A stretch of DNA of 64,000 nucleotides from Candidatus Polarisedimenticolaceae bacterium. Its GTDB lineage: Bacteria > Acidobacteriota > Polarisedimenticolia > Polarisedimenticolales > DASRJG01. Positions 38,985-47,239 of the stretch are shown here, in pieces; position 1 is the first letter of the stretch; each line of letters starts with the position of its first letter. Both the position numbers and the translations under genes were made by a program. Where the stretch lies: positions 1,767 to 65,766 of the forward strand of contig DASVAW010000119.1 in NCBI GenBank assembly GCA_036376135.1, in the 5' to 3' direction. The notes beneath the pieces were generated by a model that was not told the DNA's origin, made no database searches, and saw only the letters and a program-made list of their open reading frames with translations.

Positions 38985-39166
38985 TTGCCTCCTCGGTAGC
39001 CGGAGTGCCAGAAATGGAAGGTGCGCGGCCCTCCCGGTGCCCGGGCCTCCGCGGGGAGGCGCTGCTCCGGGGCGTTGAAGAACTCCCGTCCGGTGAACGC
39101 CACGGCCGCCCATCCGGCGAGGACGATCGAGGCGAAGATCAGGTAACCCCTTGCCAGGCGGCTCAT
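38981..39166 (-). CDS. 61-aa single-TM micro-protein
   Basis: ATGA-overlapped at both ends (39163-39166 and 38981-38984). One clear TM helix ('YLIFASIVLAGWAAVAF'). Not Arg/Pro shadow-like. Confidence 0.5.
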   Translation of the reverse strand: MSRLARGYLIFASIVLAGWAAVAFTGREFFNAPEQRLPAEARAPGGPRTFHFWHSGYRGGK

Positions 39167-41097
39167 GCGTCGTCCTCCTCGGGGGCGACGTTGCTCTCCT
39201 CCCAGCGCCGCCGCTCGAACGCACTCCGGTGAAACAGCACCCCGATCGGGACGACGAGCAGCAGGGCGAGCGCCGCGAGCGCGTGCGTGAACCGCGCGAC
39301 CCCCTGGGCGACTTTCACCCCCAGGCGGTCGGGCGGCTGCGCGCCGCCGCGTTCGGTCTCCAGGCGCAGCGTGTATTCACCGGACGCCGGAGCCGAGAGG
39401 TAGATGCGCCGCTTCCGGGTGCCTTCGCTCCACCGCTCGCCGCCGTCGCTCCCGTACCAGTAGTCGACCCCCGTCGAGAAGGGAATCACGCGCCCCGTCG
39501 CGGTCTCGAAGAAATCCCCCTCGACCCAAACCCACGCGTTGTCGACCCCGGCCCAGAGGTCGACCACGAGGTTCTTCCCGCCGGAGAGCCGCATCGGCGG
39601 GGAGAACCAGACCGTCGAGACTCCCGACCCGGTCGCCGGGGTGATGTCGACGGAGTCGGTGAGCACGGACGTCGGGCGGACGATCGTCGTGACGGCGAGC
39701 AGGAGCACGAGCCAGCCGGCCGCCGCCCAGGCGGCGAACCGGAAGAATCCGTCGTGCGGGTAGGGCTGGTTCGGCGCGATCCCGACCGGTCGATCGAGTC
39801 CTTCCACGCCGAACGCCCTCTCGACCTCGCCGACGGGCACGTAGCGCCCGTGCGACCAGGTGACCTCGGCGTCGCGCTCCTTCCCCCCTTTCGTCGACTC
39901 GCGCGAGAGCACGAACGGGGGCGAGACGAAGTCGACCGCGCGCACGCGCTCGCCGACGGCGACCTTCCACGGGAACTCGCCGGCGACCTCGTCCACCCGC
40001 GCCGGGGCGTCCTGGAACATCCGGTACGCGCGCGCGTCGTGGTAGGCGGCCGCCCCGGAGTCGACGACCTCTCCGACGGGGACCTGCTCCACGAGGCTGA
40101 AGTGACCGTCGCTGCGGACGAGCCAGCGGAATCCCACCACGCGCTCCCAGAGGAGGTATTCCTCCCACGGGTAGTCGATCCCGCCGATCTTCGCGGAGCG
40201 CACGAGGTACCCGATGACCGTCCAGGTCGTGCCGTCGAAGGCGGCCCGGGCGCCGATCGGCACGAACGGCTTGCGCCGCGGCCGCTCGAGGACGCGCAGC
40301 AGCTTCAGCTGCCCGCGGTCGGCGTCGAGCAGCGCGCCGCACGAGGGGCAGGTCACGCGCTGGGTCGCGTCGGGGGCGCGCAGCTCGAGCGCCCCCGCGC
40401 ACTTCGGGCAGGACAGCTTGAGGGCGCCGATCGCGCGAGCCTCGCGCCCACGTGCCACGACGTCCGGGGCGAATCCGAGCGCCTCGAGGGTCGTGACGCG
40501 CCCGGCGAACAGGAGCGGCTGGTCCTCGGAGTAATCGAGGGTCGCGAAGGCACCGCCGGGCCCGGACAGGTCGGCGAAGTCGTAGGTTTCCCCCGGAGCG
40601 GCGCGGTAGGGGATCTCGCCGTCCGCCGCCGTCAGCGTCGCCGTCGAGACCTCGGCCACGACCCAGCGTGCGTGAGGGGGAAAGCCGGGGATCGCGACGG
40701 ACGCTCCCGCCTCGAGGGAATCGAGCGCGGGAAGGTCGTTCGACGCGATCCGGCGCTCGGGGAACGTCCACGTGAACCGTCCCTGCGCCTCGGCGAGCCA
40801 GCCCCACCGCCCGTCCGAAAGCCAGGCGAACCACTCCTCCCAGACGGCTCCGGACGGGTGGGCGAGCTGCGCACGGCCGACGAGCTCGAAGGGGATCCCC
40901 TGCCAGACCCCCTTCAACCCGAGCGCGAGCGGAGAGTCGGTCTCGACGACCGCGCCGTACTTGCCGAGATCCTCGAGGCCGCGGTCCGCGCGGGCGATCG
41001 CCGAGCCGCAGAACGAGCAACGCTTGACCGCGGCGTCGCCCGTGCGGAACTCGACCGGCGCCGCGCACGCCGGACAGGAGGCGGCGGCCGGGCTCAT
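39163..41097 (-). CDS. double DUF4178-like protein with zinc ribbons and C-terminal membrane region
   Basis: Two repeats of a CxxC..CxxC ribbon ('CPACAA..CSFCGS', 'CPKCAG..CPSCGA'), each followed by a DUF4178-like beta domain ('GIPFELVGR', 'WTVIGYLVR'). Then TM, ~150 aa, TM. Confidence 0.75.
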   Translation of the reverse strand: MSPAAASCPACAAPVEFRTGDAAVKRCSFCGSAIARADRGLEDLGKYGAVVETDSPLALGLKGVWQGIPFELVGRAQLAHPSGAVWEEWFAWLSDGRWGWLAEAQGRFTWTFPERRIASNDLPALDSLEAGASVAIPGFPPHARWVVAEVSTATLTAADGEIPYRAAPGETYDFADLSGPGGAFATLDYSEDQPLLFAGRVTTLEALGFAPDVVARGREARAIGALKLSCPKCAGALELRAPDATQRVTCPSCGALLDADRGQLKLLRVLERPRRKPFVPIGARAAFDGTTWTVIGYLVRSAKIGGIDYPWEEYLLWERVVGFRWLVRSDGHFSLVEQVPVGEVVDSGAAAYHDARAYRMFQDAPARVDEVAGEFPWKVAVGERVRAVDFVSPPFVLSRESTKGGKERDAEVTWSHGRYVPVGEVERAFGVEGLDRPVGIAPNQPYPHDGFFRFAAWAAAGWLVLLLAVTTIVRPTSVLTDSVDITPATGSGVSTVWFSPPMRLSGGKNLVVDLWAGVDNAWVWVEGDFFETATGRVIPFSTGVDYWYGSDGGERWSEGTRKRRIYLSAPASGEYTLRLETERGGAQPPDRLGVKVAQGVARFTHALAALALLLVVPIGVLFHRSAFERRRWEESNVAPEEDDA

Positions 41098-41435
41098 CCC
41101 CGCTCCACCTCGCGCACGGCGACGCGGGCCGCGCCCAGGCCCTTCGCGAGCCGATCTTCCCACGGCCATCGCGGGGCCGGCCGGCAGCAGTAGAGGTTGA
41201 ACGACGCCCAGCCGGACTCCGGGTAGGTGTGGCAGGCGAGGTGGGACTCCGCGAGGAGGTAGAGCCCGGTCACGCCTCCCGGTCCCGGGAAGACGTGCCA
41301 GGCCGGCTCCCCGACCACGCGAAGCCCGACGTCACGGACGACGCCGTCGCAGATCCCGCGCAGGCGAGCCGCGTCGGTGAGCGCCCCGGGGTCGCACCCC
41401 CAGGCGTCGACGATCCACTCCCTGCCCCGGTCCAT
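41094..41435 (-). CDS. S-adenosylmethionine decarboxylase proenzyme (small pyruvoyl SpeH type)
   Basis: 113 aa. 'LLAESHLACHTYPE' contains the E-S self-cleavage site and the HTxPE motif. Confidence 0.8.
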   Translation of the reverse strand: MDRGREWIVDAWGCDPGALTDAARLRGICDGVVRDVGLRVVGEPAWHVFPGPGGVTGLYLLAESHLACHTYPESGWASFNLYCCRPAPRWPWEDRLAKGLGAARVAVREVERG

Positions 41436-41445
41436 GCCGCGAAGC

Positions 41446-44085
41446 CTACCGCGTCGGCCCGGCGTCGGGGCCGGCGAGCACGGTCACCTTCGTTTCCGCC
41501 TTCTCCGCGCCCATCGTGATCGTCGCCTTGTACGCCCCGGGAGGGACGAACTGCGTCTGGCCGAACTTGTCGGCGTCGACCGTCCCGACGACGTGTTTGG
41601 GGTCGGCGGTGAGGTCCCACACCACGCGGTTGACGCCCCGGCGGCTCGTCGCCGTGAGCGTGCGCACGACGAACCCGCTCGCGTCGGCGATCGCGATGGA
41701 CACCGGCTCGGAGGCGCGGTCGTTGACCCAGAACTGGATCGCCGCGCCGGGGGGCGGGTTCTTCGCACGGAAGATCGCGTGCCCCGAGCCGTACGCTCGA
41801 CCGAGGAACCATCGCGGCCGCGCGGGGGGGCCCTCGAAGGCGGCGAGCGGCTTCGCCATCAGCTCGGGGGTCAACTGGCCGAAGAACCACGCGTCGTCGA
41901 GGACCCAGACGCTGCGGCCGTGCGTGGCGACGACGAGGTCGCCTTCACGCGGATGCACGAGCAGGTCGTCGACCGGCGCGGGCGGGAGCGACCTTCCGTT
42001 GAGGCGCACCCAGTGCTTGCCGCGGTCGACCGTCGCGTAGGCCCCGAACTCCGTCCCGGCGTAGAGCGCCTGCGCGTTGCGCGGATCCTCGTGGAGCATC
42101 TTGACCGGAGCGTCCTTCGGGAGGTCCGCCTCGATCGCGCGCCACGTCTTCCCCAGGTCGTCGGTGGCGAGAACGATCGGGCGCTCCACGTCGGTGCGGT
42201 GTCCGTCGACCGACACGTACGCGCGCGCGGCGTCGTGCGCGGAGGGGACGACCGACGAGACGTACATCCCGCCGACCTCCTTCGGAGTCACCTCGCGCCA
42301 CGTCGCCCCCGCGTCCTCGGTGACGTGCACCCGGCCGTCGTCGGTCCCCGCCCAGAGCAGCCCCTTCTTCGCGGTCGACTCGCGCAGCGCGGTCACCGTC
42401 CCGTGCGTCTCCGCCTCCGAGCCGACCGTCTGGATGCGGTCGACGTCCCGGCGCGAGAGGTCGGGGCTGATCGCCTCCCACGCCTCCCCTTTCCGCGTGA
42501 GCCGGAACACCCGGTTGCCGCCGAGGTACAGCACCGTCGGGTCGTGCGGAGAGACGAAGTAGGGGCTGTTCCAGTTGAAGCGGAACCGTTCCTGTCCCTC
42601 GCGCGGCGCGGGCTGCAGGAACTTCACCGCCCCCGTCCGGAGGTTCACGCGCAGCAGCACGGCCCCCTGCCCGGTCGCGTAGAACTGGTCGGGGTCGTCG
42701 GGATCGAACTGCACCGTGAACCCGTCCCAGCCGAAGATCTCGCGCCAATCGCGGTTGAGGATCCCGTCTTTCGGCTCGTCGTCGGTCCGGAAGATCGTCT
42801 CCGAGGGGCCGACCCAGGATCCGTTGTCCTGGAGGCCGCCCGCGATGCGGTAGGGATCGGCGCCGTCGACCGCCACGCGGTAGAACTGGCCGACCGCGAG
42901 GTTGTCCCGGTGCTCCCACGTCTTCGCACGGTCGACGGAGACGTAGACGCCGCCGTCGTTGCCGTCGAGGATCAGGCTCGGGTCCTCCGGGTGCACGACG
43001 AACGCGTGGTGGTCGACATGCACGAACTCGCTTCCGGAGCGGCGGAACGCCTTCCCCCCGTCGTCCGAGATCGCGACGTCCCAGCCGGGGAGGTAGACGC
43101 GATTCGCGTCCTTCGGGTCGACGGCGATCTTCGAGAAGTAGAACGGGCGGAAGTTGATGTCGCTCACCCGCGTCCAGCTCTCGCCGCGGTCGTCGGTGCG
43201 GAAGACGCCGCCGCTTACCGACCGGTCGTCGAACGGGTCGCGCCCGGTCCCGCCTTCGTCGCTCTCGACGACGGCGTAGACGATCTTCGGGTCCGCGGGG
43301 AACACGGCGAGGCCGATGCGGCCGGTGCGTCCCGGCAGCCCCTGCGTCAGCTTCTTCCAGCTCTTCCCCGCGTCGTCGGAGCGGAAGAGCCCTCCCTTCG
43401 CGGAGACCCCCGTGTAGCTCCACGGCGTGCGCCGCCTCGCGTACAGCGCGGCGTAGACCGTGTCGGGGCTCGCCGGATCGACCACGACCGCGCACGCCCC
43501 CGTGTCGGCGTCCACCTTCAGCACGTGTTGCCAGGTCGAGCCGCCGTCGGCGGTCCTGAAGACCCCGCGCTCGGGGTTGGGGCCCCAGAGTCGTCCGAGC
43601 GCCGCGACGTAGGCGACGTCGGGATCGCGCGGGTCGAGGGCGATCGCCGGGATGTCCCGGGTCGCCTGGAGGCCGACGTTCCGGAAGGTCGCTCCCCCGT
43701 CGGTCGAACGGTAGACGCCGTTCCCCCACGACGAGCTGTTGCGGTTGTTCCCCTCGCCGGTCCCGACCCACACGAGCTTGCCCTTCTCCCCGGCGACCGC
43801 GATCGAGCCGATCGACAGGAGCGGCTGATCGTCGAAGACCGGCGTCCACGAAACGCCCAGGTTCTCGGTGCGGAAGACGCCACCGGTGCCGAATCCGGCG
43901 TAGAAGCTCGTCCGGCTCCCGGGGACCCAGGCGATGGACGAGACGCGGCCGCCCATGTTCGCGGGGCCGACGCTTCGGAACGCGAGCCCGGAGACGTCGG
44001 CCGCCTCGAGGGTGCGTTTCGGGGGGGCGGCGGGCGCCGCGGGCGCGGCGAGGACGATCGACGCCACGGTGCATGCGAGGAACAT
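41446..44085 (-). CDS. secreted BNR/Asp-box repeat (sortilin/VPS10-like) beta-propeller protein
   Basis: AGGAGG RBS and ATG at 44085, signal peptide. At least 8 Asp-boxes ('STDGGATF', 'TADGGSTW', 'SDDAGKSW', 'TDDRGESW', 'TEDAGATW', 'TDDLGKTW'...). Confidence 0.8.
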   Translation of the reverse strand: MFLACTVASIVLAAPAAPAAPPKRTLEAADVSGLAFRSVGPANMGGRVSSIAWVPGSRTSFYAGFGTGGVFRTENLGVSWTPVFDDQPLLSIGSIAVAGEKGKLVWVGTGEGNNRNSSSWGNGVYRSTDGGATFRNVGLQATRDIPAIALDPRDPDVAYVAALGRLWGPNPERGVFRTADGGSTWQHVLKVDADTGACAVVVDPASPDTVYAALYARRRTPWSYTGVSAKGGLFRSDDAGKSWKKLTQGLPGRTGRIGLAVFPADPKIVYAVVESDEGGTGRDPFDDRSVSGGVFRTDDRGESWTRVSDINFRPFYFSKIAVDPKDANRVYLPGWDVAISDDGGKAFRRSGSEFVHVDHHAFVVHPEDPSLILDGNDGGVYVSVDRAKTWEHRDNLAVGQFYRVAVDGADPYRIAGGLQDNGSWVGPSETIFRTDDEPKDGILNRDWREIFGWDGFTVQFDPDDPDQFYATGQGAVLLRVNLRTGAVKFLQPAPREGQERFRFNWNSPYFVSPHDPTVLYLGGNRVFRLTRKGEAWEAISPDLSRRDVDRIQTVGSEAETHGTVTALRESTAKKGLLWAGTDDGRVHVTEDAGATWREVTPKEVGGMYVSSVVPSAHDAARAYVSVDGHRTDVERPIVLATDDLGKTWRAIEADLPKDAPVKMLHEDPRNAQALYAGTEFGAYATVDRGKHWVRLNGRSLPPAPVDDLLVHPREGDLVVATHGRSVWVLDDAWFFGQLTPELMAKPLAAFEGPPARPRWFLGRAYGSGHAIFRAKNPPPGAAIQFWVNDRASEPVSIAIADASGFVVRTLTATSRRGVNRVVWDLTADPKHVVGTVDADKFGQTQFVPPGAYKATITMGAEKAETKVTVLAGPDAGPTR

Positions 44086-44140
44086 CGGAACCTCCTGGGG
44101 CGCGGAGTATAGAAGGCGGGACGCTACAATCCCGGCAACG

Positions 44141-44839
44141 ATGACGAACCATCCGCCGAATGCGCTCGACACGCGGCGAATCGTCGAGACTCCCGAGGGC
44201 GTCACTCTCGAGCTCGCGGTCGCCGGCCCCTTCGTCCGCGCGCAGGCCTGGATCGTGGACGCCCTCCTGCGCGGGATGATCTCGACGTTCGTCTCCATCC
44301 CCCTCGCCCTCCTCGGCCGCACCGGCGGGGGGATCCTGCTGATCGTGATGTTCCTCCTGACCTGGGCGTACCCCGTCGCCTTCGAGGTCCTGTTCGCGGG
44401 CGCGACGCCGGGGAAACGGCTGTTCGGCCTTCGCGTCGTGCACGACGACGGCACCCCCGTGGGGTTCCTCGCGTCGGCGGTCCGCAACCTCGTGCGCGCG
44501 GCGGACTTCCTCCCCTTCGGCTACGGGATCGGCCTCGGGTGCGTCCTCCTCCGGCACGACTTCAAGCGGATCGGGGACATCGCCGCCGGGACGGTCGTCG
44601 TCCACGAGTCGGCCGGGATGCGAAGGGCCGCCGCGCGCCCCGCCGCTCCCGCGCCCCCGCCGGTCCCTCTGACGGCGGCGGAGCAGCGTGCGATCGTCGA
44701 GTTCGGGGAGCGGCGCGCGACCCTCTCGGCGGACCGCGCGCGCGAGCTCGCCGACCTGCTCGAGCCCCTCGCCGGGAACGGCGATCGCGCGGTGGAGCGC
44801 CTCGCGGGGATGGCCGCCTGGATCGAGGGACGACGATGA
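44141..44839 (+). CDS. RDD family membrane protein
   Basis: 'RAQAWIVDALL', 'GKRLFGLRVV' and 'RAADFLP' RDD pattern with TM helices. ATGA overlap with the next gene. Confidence 0.75.
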   Translation: MTNHPPNALDTRRIVETPEGVTLELAVAGPFVRAQAWIVDALLRGMISTFVSIPLALLGRTGGGILLIVMFLLTWAYPVAFEVLFAGATPGKRLFGLRVVHDDGTPVGFLASAVRNLVRAADFLPFGYGIGLGCVLLRHDFKRIGDIAAGTVVVHESAGMRRAAARPAAPAPPPVPLTAAEQRAIVEFGERRATLSADRARELADLLEPLAGNGDRAVERLAGMAAWIEGRR

Positions 44840-45810
44840 CGCGCGAGTCGTTCGTCGCGCGCCACGCCCCCACGTGGTCGGCCTTCGAGTCGACGCTCGC
44901 CGCGCTCGAGGTCCGGACCGGCGACGCCGGCGGCGCCGACCCCGCCGAGTTCGACGCGACGTATCGCGAGGTCTGCCGCCACCTCGCCCTCGCCCGCAAG
45001 CGTCTCTACGGCGCGGACCTCGAGAACCGGCTGCAGGCGCTCGCGCTGCGCGGCCATCGCCTCCTCTACGGCGCCCGTCCCGGCAACTGGCGCGCGCTCC
45101 TCGAGTTCTCGGCCCGGGGGTTTCCCCGGCTCGTGCGCGCGCAGGGATGGCTCGTCGCCTCGTCGTGTCTGCTGTTCTTCGGCTCGATGCTCGCCACCGC
45201 CGCCTGGACCGCCGGCGACCCCGAGCGGATCTACGAGATCCTCGGGGCCGACGCCGTCGCGCAGATGGAGTCGATGTACGACCCCTCGGCCGGGCACTTC
45301 GCCAAGCCCCGCGGCGCCGACAGCGACGTCCAGATGTTCGGCTTCTACGTCTGGAACAACGTCTCCATCGCCTTCCGGACCTTCGCCGGGGGAGTGTTGC
45401 TCGGGGTCGGCTCGATCCTCGTGCTCGTCTTCAACGGCGTCGTGATCGGAGCGGTGTCGGGACACCTCACCGCGATCGGGTTCGGCACGACCTTCTGGAG
45501 CTTCGCGATCACCCACGGCGCGCTCGAGCTCCCCGCGATCGCCCTCGCCGGGGCCGCGGGGCTGCGGCTGGGGCTGCCGGTGATCGCCCCCGGCAGGAAG
45601 AGCCGGGCCCGGGCGCTGCGGGACGGGGCGATCGACGCCGGCCGGATCGTCTGCGGCGTCGCCGGGATGCTCGCCCTCGCCGCCGTCCTCGAGGCTTTCT
45701 GGTCGGCCTCGCTCGCGATCCCGAACGGGGTCAAGTTCGGCGTCGGGGGCTCGTTGTGGGCCGCGGTTCTGGCCTACTTCGCCCTCGGAGGACGTCGCCG
45801 TGCGGCTTGA
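44836..45810 (+). CDS. SpoIIM-like (DUF95) membrane protein
   Basis: 'WNNVSIAFRTFAGGVLLGVGSILVLVFNGVVIG' is typical of stage II sporulation protein M family proteins. Confidence 0.7.
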   Translation: MTRESFVARHAPTWSAFESTLAALEVRTGDAGGADPAEFDATYREVCRHLALARKRLYGADLENRLQALALRGHRLLYGARPGNWRALLEFSARGFPRLVRAQGWLVASSCLLFFGSMLATAAWTAGDPERIYEILGADAVAQMESMYDPSAGHFAKPRGADSDVQMFGFYVWNNVSIAFRTFAGGVLLGVGSILVLVFNGVVIGAVSGHLTAIGFGTTFWSFAITHGALELPAIALAGAAGLRLGLPVIAPGRKSRARALRDGAIDAGRIVCGVAGMLALAAVLEAFWSASLAIPNGVKFGVGGSLWAAVLAYFALGGRRRAA

Positions 45811-47239
45811 CCGCGTCACCGCCGTCCTCCGCCCGCGCTCCCCCTCCGAGGCGGTCGACCTCGGCTTCACGATGGCGCGCACGTCGTGGAAGCCGGTCTG
45901 GGGAGCGATGCTCGCGTTGTGCCTTCCGATCGCGTTCCTGGCCGCCGCGGCCTTCCGCGAGCGCCCGTGGGCGGCGTGGCTCGTCGTCTGGTGGTTGAAG
46001 CCGCTGTACGACGCCGCGATCCAGTTCGTGTTGTCGCGCCTGCTCTTCGGCGAGACGCCGGGGGGTGAGGCGCTGCGACGCGCGATCCCGTCGATCCTCC
46101 GGGGCACCGTCCTGCCCGGCCTCCTGTGGCGGCGTTTCGCGCCGTCGCGTTCGTTCGCGATGCCCGTCGCCCTGCTCGAGGAGCTGCGCGGCGGCGAGCG
46201 CTGGAAACGATTCCAGACCCTCGCCCAGGACGGCCGCGGCACCGCGATGCTGCTGATGGGGATGTGCGCCCTCTTCGAGCTCGTCGTCGCGATGGGCGCG
46301 ATGGGCTTTCTCACCCTGATGATCCCCGACGCCGACGGCAGCTTCTGGAGCCGCTTCTTCGAGGAGCCGACCTCGATCGCCTCGCGGAACACCTACGCCT
46401 GGGTGGCGGCTGCCTCCTTCACCCTCGCGACGATCGCGATCGAGCCGTTCTACGCCGCCGCGGGGTTCGCGCTCTACCTCAACCGCCGGACGTGGCTGGA
46501 GGCCTGGGACGTCGAGATCGCGTTCCGCCGACTGGGCGCGCGCCTCGGTCGGGCCGGCGTCGCGGTCCTGCTCGCCGTCGCCGCGCTCGCCCCCGCGGCG
46601 GGAGCCGCCGAACACTCCCCCCTCCCCGAGCCGGAGACGGCGATCCGCGAAGTCCTCGCCGACCCCGAATTCGGGGGAACGGAGAAGGTCACGGTGCTGC
46701 GCCCGCGGTGGAAGCCGAAGCCGAGCGAGGCGGAACCCCGCGACTTCCGGTTCGCTCCCTGGCTCGCGGAGGTCCTCGAGATCCTCGTGTGGTCCACGGC
46801 CGCCGCGCTGATCGCCGTCCTCGTCGTCGCGGTCGCCCGCGCGGCGGGGCTGCCGAGCTTCCGGCGCGCGGCGAGGCCGCCGCCGCCCCCCGAGACGCTG
46901 TTCGGCCTCGACATCCGCGCGGAGTCCCTTCCCGACGACCCCGCCGCCGAGGCGCGGGCGCTCTGGGCGCGCGGCGAGCGTGCCGCCGCGCTGAGCCTGC
47001 TGTACCGCGCGTCGCTCTCGCGCCTCGCGGTCGACGAGGGGTTCGTCCTCGGTCCCGCCGCGACGGAAGGGGACTGCGTGAGGCTGGTCGAGCGTCGTTT
47101 CCCCCCCGCGCTCGCGGGGTTCTTCCGCCGCCTGACGCGCGCGTGGCAGGCCACCGCCTACGCCCACCGGCCGCCGGACGACGCGGAAGCGGACGCGCTC
47201 CTGGGCGAGTGGGGCACGCACTTCGGGGCGGCGTCGTGA
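45800..47239 (+). CDS. polytopic membrane protein with C-terminal DUF4129-like domain
   Basis: GTG start overlaps the previous gene by 11 nt. C-terminal 'LYRASLSRLA...TEGDCVRLV...AYAHR' resembles DUF4129. Confidence 0.6.
   Translation: MRLDRVTAVLRPRSPSEAVDLGFTMARTSWKPVWGAMLALCLPIAFLAAAAFRERPWAAWLVVWWLKPLYDAAIQFVLSRLLFGETPGGEALRRAIPSILRGTVLPGLLWRRFAPSRSFAMPVALLEELRGGERWKRFQTLAQDGRGTAMLLMGMCALFELVVAMGAMGFLTLMIPDADGSFWSRFFEEPTSIASRNTYAWVAAASFTLATIAIEPFYAAAGFALYLNRRTWLEAWDVEIAFRRLGARLGRAGVAVLLAVAALAPAAGAAEHSPLPEPETAIREVLADPEFGGTEKVTVLRPRWKPKPSEAEPRDFRFAPWLAEVLEILVWSTAAALIAVLVVAVARAAGLPSFRRAARPPPPPETLFGLDIRAESLPDDPAAEARALWARGERAAALSLLYRASLSRLAVDEGFVLGPAATEGDCVRLVERRFPPALAGFFRRLTRAWQATAYAHRPPDDAEADALLGEWGTHFGAAS

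Noticed and set aside
39151-41193. ORFs 39151..41193 (+, 680 aa) and 39377..41068 (-, 563 aa)
   Set aside because: Antisense or off-frame shadows of the DUF4178 gene, with Arg/Pro/Gly-rich translations and no motifs.
41377-44605. ORFs 41377..44112 (+, 911 aa) and 41945..44605 (-, 886 aa)
   Set aside because: Shadow frames of the BNR/Asp-box propeller gene (41446..44085), which has 8 or more recognisable Asp-boxes, an RBS and a signal peptide.
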